From positions 2,230,127-2,294,126 of the forward strand of contig OY282448.1 in assembly GCA_958296175.1 (NCBI GenBank): a stretch of 64,000 nt of DNA, given 5' to 3'. This document shows positions 20,455-29,423 of this stretch, in pieces. The notes under the pieces were generated by a model. The model did no database searches. It was given only the letters and a program-made list of their open reading frames with translations, and had not been told where the DNA came from. Source of the stretch: an uncultured Chloroflexota bacterium (GTDB lineage Bacteria > Chloroflexota > UBA11872). Both the position numbers and the translations under genes were made by a program. Numbering within the stretch: the first letter of the stretch is position 1; the number at the start of each line of letters is the position of its first letter.

Positions 20455-23400
20455 GTGCCCATCGCCAACCTCGACGACGCCTACGAGCTCGACCAAGCCG
20501 TCGGGCGCATCCTGCGCGCGCCCGACCCGCGCCAGCGTGCGGAAGCCGTCCGGCGGCTGTTCGTCGAGGTGCTGGACTTCCATTCGCAGTCCGGCCAGGT
20601 TTCGTTGCGGCCGCCGCCCGCCGGTGCGCAGCTTCCCGCCGCTGCCGAGCGCGTCGCGGTGTTGGACGGCGTGCACGTCTGTTACGTCGCGCTCCAGGCG
20701 CCGGAAAACGACCGCGTGCGCACGGCCGAAGCGTCCGCCGCGGCGCGGCGGCTGGCCGACCAGCTGGGCGACGACCTGCTGCTGGCCGTCTCCAACGCCT
20801 CCGGCCGCCAGCTGCACCTCATCCATCCGCGCGTACAGGGTGCGCGGCCCACGCTGCGCCGTCTGGTGTTCGAACAAGGCCTGCCGCGCCGCACCGCCGT
20901 CCAGCAGGCCGCCAACATCTACGCCGAATACCGCGCGTCCCGCAGCATCCGCGCCGCCCTGGACGCCGCCTTCGACGTCGAGCCGGTCACGCGGCGCTTC
21001 TTCAGCGACTACAAGAAAGTGTTCACCCAGGCCGAACGACTGGTCACCGGCTTCGGCCCCGACCAGGCCGACGACAAGCGCCTGTTCGTGCAGACGCTCT
21101 TCAACCGGCTCATGTTCGTGCACTTCCTCTCGCGCAAAGGCTGGCTGACCTTCCAGGGCAAGAACGAATACGTGCAAGCGCTTTGGGACAGCTACCAGTC
21201 CCGCCGCCCCAGCGAAACCAACTTCTACCGCGACCGTCTGCACCCCCTGTTCTTCTGCGGCCTCAACAACCCGTCGGGCACGGACGTGAACGGTCGCTAC
21301 ATGCGGAAGGTCTACGGCGACGCGCCGTTCCTGAACGGCGGCCTGTTCGAGCAAAGCGCACTGGACCGGCGGCCAGGCGTGCAGGTGCCCGACGAAGCCA
21401 TCGCACCCGTCGTGCAAGCGCGCAGCGGCTTGTTCCAGCGCTTCAACTTCACCGTCATGGAATCCACGCCCTACGACGTGGAAGTGGCCGTGGACCCGGA
21501 AATGCTGGGCAAAGTGTTCGAGGAACTGGTCAACGAACGCCACGCCAGCGGCGCCTACTACACGCCGCGCCCCGTGGTGGCCTTCATGTGCCGCGAGGCG
21601 CTGAAAGGCTTTCTGGAACACCGCGTGGACGAGTTGGACGCTCAGACTGTGGAAGACTTCGTGGACCGGCGCGACCCCTCCCGCGCCACGCTGGCGCAGG
21701 CGATCCAGCTGAGCAGCGCGCTGGACGACGTCACCGTCATCGACCCTGCCTGCGGTTCCGGCGCCTACCTGCTGGGCATGCTGCAGGAACTGCTGGAGCT
21801 GCAAACCACGCTCTACAGCCAGAAGCTGCGCCGCGACGCGCGCACCTTCTACCAGCTGAAACTGCACGTCATCCAGCGCAACCTCTACGGCGTCGACGTC
21901 GACCCGTTCGCCGTCAACATCGCCAAGCTGCGCCTCTGGCTCTCCCTGGCCATCGACTACGACGGCGACAAACCCGAGCCGCTGCCCAACCTGGACTTCA
22001 AGATCGTCTGCGGCGACAGCCTGCTCGGGCCGGAGCCGGTGCTGCACCTCTCGGCAAAGAAGTCGGAACTCGGCGAGTTGAAGGGCAAGTTCATGCTCGC
22101 CACGGCGCAAAAGGAAAAAGACGAGCTGCGCGGGGGCATCGCGGCTGAGCGCGCTCGGGTCGAGCAGGTGCTGGCGGGCGCATCCGCACCCGAAGGCGCG
22201 GTGAACTGGCGCCTGGACTTTGCCGAAGTGTTCGAGAAGCCCGGCAGCTTCGACATCGCCATTGCAAACCCGCCCTACGTGCGGCAGGAAAAGATCGGTC
22301 CCAGCAAAGCAAGGCTCGTTCGGCAATACGCCGGAGCCGTGAACGCCCGCTCGGACCTGTATTGCTATTTCTACGCGCGTGCGCTGCAACTGCTGCGGCG
22401 CGGCGGCCAACACGTCTTTATCTGCTCCAATAGCTGGCTGGACGTTGGATACGGCGCGCGGCTCCAGGATTTCCTGCTCTACAACGCGCACGTTCGCGCC
22501 ATCTACGAAAGCGCGGTGGAACGGCAATTTTCGACCGCCCAAATCAACACCGTCATCAGCGTCATCGAAAAGAACGGTGTCTGCGACGAGAGTCCGACGC
22601 GGTTCGTGTCGCTGCGGGGCGAGTTCGAGCAGGCGATGGCCGACCCGACGCTTCGCCGCCAGATTACCAAGACCCGCCGGGAACTGCTGGACGCCGCAAC
22701 GAGCGGCGTCGACAGCCGAGGACACGCCAAATTCGTGGGCGACAAGTGGGGCGGCAAGTATCTGCGCGCCCCGGACATCTATCACCACATCCTGACAACG
22801 TATAGCGACAAGTTCGTGCGGCTGGGCGATATCGCGACAGTGAGATTTGGTATAAAGACCGGCGCCAATGCGTTTTTCTTTCTCGACGAGGCGCGCATCC
22901 AGCAGTGGAACATCGAAGAAGAGTACCTTGCTCCCGTAATGACCAGCCCCCAAGAGTCCCGCAGCATCCTCGTCGACCCCGACACGCTTCCGAAGAAGCT
23001 CTTTGTGTGCCACAAGGAGAAAGACGAGCTTAGACACACGGGAGCGCTGGCGTACATTCAATGGGGTGAGACGAATGAGTACCACAAGCGGCGCAGCATG
23101 GTTTCGCGAAAGAGATGGTACGATCTGGGAATACGAGACGGGGTATATCTGGCAATGAATTTGTTAGTGCATGCGAACGCAAGAACGTATCTTTATAAAG
23201 AAGCGGTGTTTTGCAGCAACAACTTTCATGTATTTGCTTCAAAGCATAAGAATGCTAGTGTGTGCACATCACTTAATTCCACGCTTTCTCAGCTTAGCAT
23301 CAACGTGGAGTCACGATCCAATTTTGGCGAAGGTGTTCTGGAGATACAAACATATGAAACCGCTAATTTGCGGATTGTAAAGCCTGAACATATTACGACC

Positions 23401-23628
23401 ATAGATGAGTGTCTGTTCACTTCATCGGACCTTGACATTGTAAGCCGAGAGAATGGCGATCCAGCTTGGCAAGTTGACGATGTATCTGCGAATCGTCGCG
23501 CTATAGACGATGTAGTGTTTGACGTGCTTGGCCTGACCCAAGACGAACGTGACGCAGTGTACGAAAGCGTTATCGAACTAATCAGCAACCGCCTCAGCCG
23601 CGCAAGCAGCGTGCATACCACGAGGTGA
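20455..23628 (+). CDS. Eco57I-like N6-adenine DNA methyltransferase with C-terminal target-recognition region
   Basis: PFLNGGLF, DPEMLGKVFEEL, GAYYTPR, DPACGSGAYL (motif I), IANPPYVRQE (motif IV), DLYCYF, GIKTGANAFF. GTG start at 20455 inferred; the upstream part of the ORF is nth antisense. Confidence 0.92.
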   Translation: MPIANLDDAYELDQAVGRILRAPDPRQRAEAVRRLFVEVLDFHSQSGQVSLRPPPAGAQLPAAAERVAVLDGVHVCYVALQAPENDRVRTAEASAAARRLADQLGDDLLLAVSNASGRQLHLIHPRVQGARPTLRRLVFEQGLPRRTAVQQAANIYAEYRASRSIRAALDAAFDVEPVTRRFFSDYKKVFTQAERLVTGFGPDQADDKRLFVQTLFNRLMFVHFLSRKGWLTFQGKNEYVQALWDSYQSRRPSETNFYRDRLHPLFFCGLNNPSGTDVNGRYMRKVYGDAPFLNGGLFEQSALDRRPGVQVPDEAIAPVVQARSGLFQRFNFTVMESTPYDVEVAVDPEMLGKVFEELVNERHASGAYYTPRPVVAFMCREALKGFLEHRVDELDAQTVEDFVDRRDPSRATLAQAIQLSSALDDVTVIDPACGSGAYLLGMLQELLELQTTLYSQKLRRDARTFYQLKLHVIQRNLYGVDVDPFAVNIAKLRLWLSLAIDYDGDKPEPLPNLDFKIVCGDSLLGPEPVLHLSAKKSELGELKGKFMLATAQKEKDELRGGIAAERARVEQVLAGASAPEGAVNWRLDFAEVFEKPGSFDIAIANPPYVRQEKIGPSKARLVRQYAGAVNARSDLYCYFYARALQLLRRGGQHVFICSNSWLDVGYGARLQDFLLYNAHVRAIYESAVERQFSTAQINTVISVIEKNGVCDESPTRFVSLRGEFEQAMADPTLRRQITKTRRELLDAATSGVDSRGHAKFVGDKWGGKYLRAPDIYHHILTTYSDKFVRLGDIATVRFGIKTGANAFFFLDEARIQQWNIEEEYLAPVMTSPQESRSILVDPDTLPKKLFVCHKEKDELRHTGALAYIQWGETNEYHKRRSMVSRKRWYDLGIRDGVYLAMNLLVHANARTYLYKEAVFCSNNFHVFASKHKNASVCTSLNSTLSQLSINVESRSNFGEGVLEIQTYETANLRIVKPEHITTIDECLFTSSDLDIVSRENGDPAWQVDDVSANRRAIDDVVFDVLGLTQDERDAVYESVIELISNRLSRASSVHTTR

Positions 23629-23766
23629 TATATTCCTGGGAGCGTCGAAAAATACAAAGGACTATATGAATCATATCTATGATTTCACGAAGGATCACCC
23701 AACAAAAGCTAGTCCATATATTTTCAGTTTGCCCGGCAGTCGATGAGTGATTTGACTGGCCGAAAT

Positions 23767-24750
23767 TCACATGAGCATTGACATGTTTAGACCTTGCATG
23801 TCTTCCTTGACGGGGACTTCGAGTTTTGTGACAAAGTACCGTGGCGCACTCAATTTTACGCGTTGAATGCGTACGCTGATGCGCACTCGCTGCTTCAACA
23901 GCGCGTTTATCGGCTTTTCCTCGGCAACGGTGCGCTCGACTTTGGCCTGAATCACTTCCCCCTTACCGCCGTCTGGTGATTGGCCCGCTGGCTCGTCAAC
24001 GACAAATTCCGCTAACTGCCGCTTTGGTAAGTAGCCTTGAAAGTATCCGACCAGTGTGATGTGTTCCTCAGGGATTGGTTTCTGACTCAAACGCTTCACG
24101 CTGGCCTGAACTTGGCTCACGTCACGAAATGCAAACACGCCGCCCTTGAATCTCAGGCGGCATGTGGCCTCTTTGGAATGCAGCACGTCAACGAATTTTC
24201 GTATGGCGTTTACCGCGCGTTCGTCGGTTTCATCCCAAATATGAGCCATTGCATCGTCGCTCTCGACCGATGCCTTCAGGATGTCCTGCGTCCGCGCAAT
24301 CGCCGCCTCGACGTGACTCAGCATCGACTCGAACGCCGTCTGTGAGGACGCGCCCTCGAGTTGGAACCCAAATGACCCCCGCACGACGTCCGTAATCATG
24401 AGCCGGTAGTCTTCTCGATTCGGGATGCGGTCGAGTGCGCCCAAATCGGCTGCCGAATGCTGGCTTGCCCCGACGGCGGCGACGGCGTTTTCAAACGTCC
24501 GGACGGCGTCCCCGCCAAATCCAGCGTCGATGCCTTGTCGGCCCGCGACGGGTTTCCCCTCGAAGCTAAGAAGCGCTTCTGTGGGTTGGGCGGGAAGTAC
24601 CGCAGGGTAGTCGAGGAGTTCCGCCTCGACCTCGGCAAGCCGCTGTGTCAGCGTGTGTTGCCGGATCGCACTTTCCGGTGCCGTGCGGTCGAGCATGTCT
24701 TTCAGCGCGGCTTGTTCGGAAAGCAGAAAACTATGTTCGCGCCTGCTCAT
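23767..24750 (-). CDS. Hypothetical protein, partner of the nucleotidyltransferase-like gene
   Basis: 327-aa ORF with an AGGAGG-type RBS; TAATG overlap with the upstream stop; helical N-terminus, ITDVVRGSFGFQLE motif, beta-rich C-terminus; lower GC. Confidence 0.8.
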   Translation of the reverse strand: MSRREHSFLLSEQAALKDMLDRTAPESAIRQHTLTQRLAEVEAELLDYPAVLPAQPTEALLSFEGKPVAGRQGIDAGFGGDAVRTFENAVAAVGASQHSAADLGALDRIPNREDYRLMITDVVRGSFGFQLEGASSQTAFESMLSHVEAAIARTQDILKASVESDDAMAHIWDETDERAVNAIRKFVDVLHSKEATCRLRFKGGVFAFRDVSQVQASVKRLSQKPIPEEHITLVGYFQGYLPKRQLAEFVVDEPAGQSPDGGKGEVIQAKVERTVAEEKPINALLKQRVRISVRIQRVKLSAPRYFVTKLEVPVKEDMQGLNMSMLM

Positions 24751-25367
24751 TACTGTCCTCCTTCACGGTCGAGTTTGTCGAGTTCGGACCTGGCTGCGTG
24801 ATCTTCACCCTCAGCCAGATCGATTCGCACGTAGCCTTTCCACACGCCGTCGCGCGTGTGCGACCACAGGCTATACCAATACGTCAGATCATCCACTAAC
24901 TCATCGATCTTTGCCGGATTCATAACGACGTGGTACGCGTGTAAGCCGTGGATCTTACGAATGGTGTTTGGCTCGAATAAATCTGGATATTGTTCGAGCA
25001 CATCCATTTCCTGTTGATCGTCTGTCACGTGGATGAATGTAATCACGTCAATGTCCCCAGGTGGCCGGCCTTCCGTCTGCTCGACGTCTTCGACGAAGCT
25101 TCCGTCGACCCACTGAAAGCCCCGGGTCAGGCCGGCCGCGTGCAGCCTTTCTCGGTATTCCAGTAGTCCCTGCAGCAGCTTCCGTCTGTTGGGCGTGCGT
25201 CCGAATTTTGCAACCGTGTCGAGAAGGGACGCGCGGTACGGAGATCGACGCCGAGCTGTGGGATTCTTCGGGTCGACGGCGGGAAGCAACCCCGTAAGGC
25301 GCCACGCGGGAATCTGGCTGACGATGATTTCGCTTCTGAACCGATGGCGGCGCACGCCTGTGTGCAT
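24750..25367 (-). CDS. Minimal pol-beta-superfamily nucleotidyltransferase-like protein (DUF6932-like)
   Basis: IPAW..GLLP, RSPY, FQWVDGSFVEDVE..PPGDIDVITF (GS...DxD), YWYSLWSHTRDGVWKGYVRI. Confidence 0.75.
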   Translation of the reverse strand: MHTGVRRHRFRSEIIVSQIPAWRLTGLLPAVDPKNPTARRRSPYRASLLDTVAKFGRTPNRRKLLQGLLEYRERLHAAGLTRGFQWVDGSFVEDVEQTEGRPPGDIDVITFIHVTDDQQEMDVLEQYPDLFEPNTIRKIHGLHAYHVVMNPAKIDELVDDLTYWYSLWSHTRDGVWKGYVRIDLAEGEDHAARSELDKLDREGGQ

Positions 25368-25414
25368 TTCGAGTCTAGCATCGCGTCCGCTTCAGACTGC
25401 TCGACCACGACCGA

Positions 25415-25526
25415 TTGTTTGACCGTTGTTTGATTGGACAGGCCAAAAACTCCCGAAAACGGTACTGGTCGATGGTCGGTGAACCTGTTAGGCGGTTCTG
25501 CGGTTGTTTGACCGTTGTTTGATTGG
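25415..25526. repeat. Two exact 23-bp direct repeats TTGTTTGACCGTTGTTTGATTGG
   Basis: Copies at 25415-25437 and 25504-25526; each holds TTGTTTGA twice at 11-bp spacing. Confidence 0.9.
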
Positions 25527-25668
25527 CGGGCGGGTTCGCTGCTCGTGAACGCGTGCTACGCTCGCGTTACAGTATTGACTTGGCGCGGCGCTCGATGAAT
25601 ATGCACGGGTTCGGGTCTACGCCAACGCGCGCGCGCGTGCGGGGCGCGGCGTTCGCCAGGTCGGCGTC

Positions 25669-28600
25669 GTGAACATCTTGCACGCCGGGACCGAACCGCC
25701 GCTGCTGGAGCGGCTGCAGGAGATGCTGGGCAGTTCCGCGCGGGCGGACATTGCCGTGGGCTACTTCTTCATGAGCGGGTTTGCGCAGGTGGCGGACGCC
25801 CTGGCCGGCCTGCAGCGGGTGCGCATTCTGGTTGGCCGCACGGACCGGCGCGTGTTGGACGATGTGGCGCGGGGGTTGCAGCAGGCGCAGGCGCTGAGCG
25901 CGCGGCTGGAGGCCGACGAGCTTACGCCGCGCGGCCAGCGGCCGGCCATCGTGCGAAACGCCGCGGCCAGCATTGCGGAAGGCGTGGCGCTGCTGCCGCA
26001 GGACGACGGCTCGCAAGCCGCGGTGATGCGCCTGCGGGACATGATTGCCGCGGGCCAGGCGGAGGTGCGCGCCTATCCGCGCGGCCCGCTGCACGCCAAG
26101 GCCTATCTGTGCTGGTACGCCAACCACGCGGAACCGGGCGCGGCCGTGGTGGGGTCGTCCAACTTTACGCTGGCGGGGTTTACGGGCAACACCGAGCTCA
26201 ACGTGCGCGTGACCGGGGACGCCGAGATGGCCGAACTGCGGAGGTGGTTCGAAGACTTGTGGCGCGATTCGCAGGACGTCGGCGCGGCGCTGCTGACCGA
26301 ACTGAACCGCTCGTGGGCGCTGGCGCGCACGCCGCCCTACCACGTGTATCTGAAGGCGCTGTACGAGCTGTATTTCACGCCCGTCGGAGACCCCGACCTC
26401 ACGCTGGCGCAGCCCGCGGAGGAGCTGGCCAATTTCCAACTGGACGCGGTGCGGCGCGGGCTGGCCATGATCGAGACGCACGGCGGCTGTTACATCGGCG
26501 ACGTGGTGGGGCTGGGCAAGACCTACGTGGGGGCCGAGCTGCTGCGCCAACTGCGCCAGAGTTATCCGAACGACGGCCCGCCGCTGATCATCTGTCCGGC
26601 TGGATTGCGGCCCATGTGGCGGCATTTCAACGAACGTTTCGGCCTGGGCGCGGAGGTCATTTCGCACAGCAGCATCCGTCCCGCGCCCGCTCCGCAGTTC
26701 GACGAAGCGCTTGGCCGGTTCGTCGACCCCGAGCCGGACGGTCGCAGCGGCGTGGTGCTGCACGACGAATATCCGAACCGCGGGCCGGTGCTGGTGGACG
26801 AGGCGCACAGCTTCCGCAACGTCAACCAGCGCTCGACCGGCTTGCAGTCCTATCTGGACGCCGGCGACCACAAGGTGGTCTTGCTCAGCGCCACGCCGCA
26901 GAACCTGGGTCCGATGGACATTTATCGACAACTGCGGCTGTTTCTGGACGATCTGGACCACGGCCTGAACATCGAGCCGCTCAATTTGGAGGAGTATTTC
27001 CACAACGCGCGGCGCTGGATGGATTACCGCACGGCGGACGAGAATTACAAGACCGAATACGCGGCCTGGCGTGAGGGCGGATCGCGCGGCGCGCCGCCCA
27101 TGGACAAACCCAAGCCGCCTCCCGTGCCCCGCGCCGACGTGCAGCAGGTGCTGGCGCCGCTGTTCATCCGCCGCCGCCGCCGCGACATCCGCGAGCTGTA
27201 CGGCGACACGGCCACCGTGGACGGCGCCCCGGTGCGTTTCCCGGATCCGGTGCTGCGCAACGTGGAGTATCGGTTGGACAAGGTGTACGCCAAGGCCGGA
27301 TCACTGGAGGACTTGCTTGCGCGCTTGAAAGAACATCGAGCGGCCAGATACCGCGCTACCAAGTATTTGCTGGCTGAGGCCAAGGACAACGACGAGTACC
27401 GGGACTTGTTCAGAGCGGGGGACCGCATTCCGCGGCTGATGCGCGGGCTGCTGCTCAAGCGGCTGGAATCCAGCATCGAGGCGTTTCGCTCTACCTTGAA
27501 GTCGCTGCTGCGCAGCAACCGCAACTTTCGCACGGCGCTGGAGGCCGGCTACGTGCCGGTTGGCGCCACGGCGACGCGTCTGCTGGCCGGGGAGATCTTC
27601 GACGCCGACGAGGCGTTGCACGCTCTCCATGCGGAGGAAAGACGGCGGCAAAACCAGGACGTTCGGCGCCTGCTGGATGATCTTCCGCATGCCGAGCGGT
27701 ACGAGCGCGCGCGCCGCCTGCTCGACGACGACGCCGGCGGGCGTCAGCCCCAGGCGGCCAAGCGTTCCACGCTGGTGCATTCCGTGGCGGACTTCGACGC
27801 CGATCGGTGGCTGGCGGACGTGGACGCGGATTTCGAGGTTCTGCGCGGCATTGCGGACCGGGTCGAAGGCATCGGGCCGGGCGACGACGACAAATTGCGC
27901 ACGCTGCGCCGCTTTTTGCAGCAGCCGGAGGCGGCGGCGGACAAGGTGCTGATCTTTTCCGAAGCCGAGACGACGATCGACTACCTGTATCGAGAGTTGA
28001 ACCCGGACGAACGAGACCCGACCTTCGCCCGCTTGACGGGTGCGACGGGCAACGCGGCGGAGGTCATCCGACGCTTTGCGCCGCGCTCGAACCTTGGACG
28101 GAACGCTCCGCGCCCGGCGGTCGAAATCCGCGTGCTGCTGGCCACCGACGTCGTGTCCGAGGGCCAGAACCTGCAAGACTGCGCCCGCGTGCTGAATTAT
28201 GACCTGCACTGGAATCCGGTGCGGCTGATCCAGCGCTTCGGTCGCGTCGACCGCATCGGGTCCGAGCACTCGGTCATCCACTTGCACAACATGTGGCCCG
28301 ACACCGCGGTGGACGCCGAGCTGGAGCTGACGGAGCGGCTCGGCAACCGCATTCAGACGTTCCACGACTCGATTGGGCTGGACAGCAAGCTGCTGTCGGA
28401 CACGGAGCGCCTGAACGCGGCGGACATGTACCGCATCTACGCCGAAGGGCGCCTGCCGGACGAGGACGACGAGCTGGACGAGGTGGCGGTCAATCAGCGC
28501 GCCGTGGCGCTCTTGCAGCGGATTCAGCGCGGCGACCCCGAACTGTGGCGCACGGTGACGACCCTGCCCGACGGGGTTCGCTCGGCGCTGAGCGGCGGCG

Positions 28601-29265
28601 GCGAGCCCGCGGACGACGACGGCGCCGCGGTTCGCCTGCAGCAGGTGCTGGAAGTTCCCGGCATGCAGATGCCGCTGGTGTCGCCGGACGAGTCGGATGC
28701 GGAACTCTCGCCCTTCGACCCTCCGCGGCCCGGCGAGACGCTGGTGCTGCTGAGCGCGGGCAAGGTCAAGGGCTGCTACGCCGCGGCGGACGGACGGGAC
28801 CCGCGGCAGATCAGCCCGGCCCAGTTCGCGCGCGCGGCTGAATGCGCCCCGGATACGCCGGGTCGGCCGCTGCCGTCCACCACCAACCAGCGCGTGATGA
28901 GCGCTTTCGAGACGTTCCGGGCCGACGTCCAGCAGCGGCTGGGCCGCGCCCGGCGTCCGCGCGATACGCAGACGCGCCGCTATGTGTCCCGCGGTCTCCG
29001 AAACGCCAGGAACGATCTCGAAGCGTCGCCGGAGGACGCGCAACGGATCGACGTGCTGCAGCGCGTGTTCTACGCCGACCTGCCGCCGCGGGTGGAAGAC
29101 GCCCTGGCTGATATCCGGCGGTTGGGGTTGCAGGGGGAGGCGTTAGTGCGGCGTCTGGAAGCGCTGCGCGAGTTTCACCGACTCAATCCCCCCGACGCTT
29201 CCGTCGAGCCGGCGCGCCCCGCAGCGCAGGTCATCCGCATCGTCTGCTCCGACGGCCTGGTCTAA
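25669..29265 (+). CDS. PLD (HKD) nuclease domain fused to a SNF2-like superfamily 2 helicase
   Basis: DIAVGYF, LHAKAYL..VGSSNFT (HxK/GSxN), GDVVGLGKT, VDEAHSFRN, LSATP, KRLESS, EGQNLQD, NYDLHWNPVRLIQRFGRVDRIG. Confidence 0.93.
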   Translation: MNILHAGTEPPLLERLQEMLGSSARADIAVGYFFMSGFAQVADALAGLQRVRILVGRTDRRVLDDVARGLQQAQALSARLEADELTPRGQRPAIVRNAAASIAEGVALLPQDDGSQAAVMRLRDMIAAGQAEVRAYPRGPLHAKAYLCWYANHAEPGAAVVGSSNFTLAGFTGNTELNVRVTGDAEMAELRRWFEDLWRDSQDVGAALLTELNRSWALARTPPYHVYLKALYELYFTPVGDPDLTLAQPAEELANFQLDAVRRGLAMIETHGGCYIGDVVGLGKTYVGAELLRQLRQSYPNDGPPLIICPAGLRPMWRHFNERFGLGAEVISHSSIRPAPAPQFDEALGRFVDPEPDGRSGVVLHDEYPNRGPVLVDEAHSFRNVNQRSTGLQSYLDAGDHKVVLLSATPQNLGPMDIYRQLRLFLDDLDHGLNIEPLNLEEYFHNARRWMDYRTADENYKTEYAAWREGGSRGAPPMDKPKPPPVPRADVQQVLAPLFIRRRRRDIRELYGDTATVDGAPVRFPDPVLRNVEYRLDKVYAKAGSLEDLLARLKEHRAARYRATKYLLAEAKDNDEYRDLFRAGDRIPRLMRGLLLKRLESSIEAFRSTLKSLLRSNRNFRTALEAGYVPVGATATRLLAGEIFDADEALHALHAEERRRQNQDVRRLLDDLPHAERYERARRLLDDDAGGRQPQAAKRSTLVHSVADFDADRWLADVDADFEVLRGIADRVEGIGPGDDDKLRTLRRFLQQPEAAADKVLIFSEAETTIDYLYRELNPDERDPTFARLTGATGNAAEVIRRFAPRSNLGRNAPRPAVEIRVLLATDVVSEGQNLQDCARVLNYDLHWNPVRLIQRFGRVDRIGSEHSVIHLHNMWPDTAVDAELELTERLGNRIQTFHDSIGLDSKLLSDTERLNAADMYRIYAEGRLPDEDDELDEVAVNQRAVALLQRIQRGDPELWRTVTTLPDGVRSALSGGGEPADDDGAAVRLQQVLEVPGMQMPLVSPDESDAELSPFDPPRPGETLVLLSAGKVKGCYAAADGRDPRQISPAQFARAAECAPDTPGRPLPSTTNQRVMSAFETFRADVQQRLGRARRPRDTQTRRYVSRGLRNARNDLEASPEDAQRIDVLQRVFYADLPPRVEDALADIRRLGLQGEALVRRLEALREFHRLNPPDASVEPARPAAQVIRIVCSDGLV

Positions 29266-29423
29266 AGCCCCTGCCCCCCACATAGAAGCTTCCGCCGTCT
29301 CCCGCGCGGCATCCAGCGCCCGTTCCCAGGACCCTTGCTCCCACAGAAGTCCCGCTTCTGCCCCTTGCTCCTGCGCGCCCTCTGGTTTGCCGCGCCTTGC
29401 GGCAGGGGTGAGGGGCGCTGTGG

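Noticed and set aside
25415..25526. Mini-CRISPR interpretation of the 23-bp repeats
   Set aside because: Only two copies, a 66-nt gap, no palindrome and no cas genes in the window.
20455..29265. Calling the locus DISARM, BREX or CBASS
   Set aside because: Core genes (DrmA/DrmB, PglZ/BrxC) are absent. The 205-aa NTase is too short for a typical CD-NTase and has no recognisable CBASS effector.
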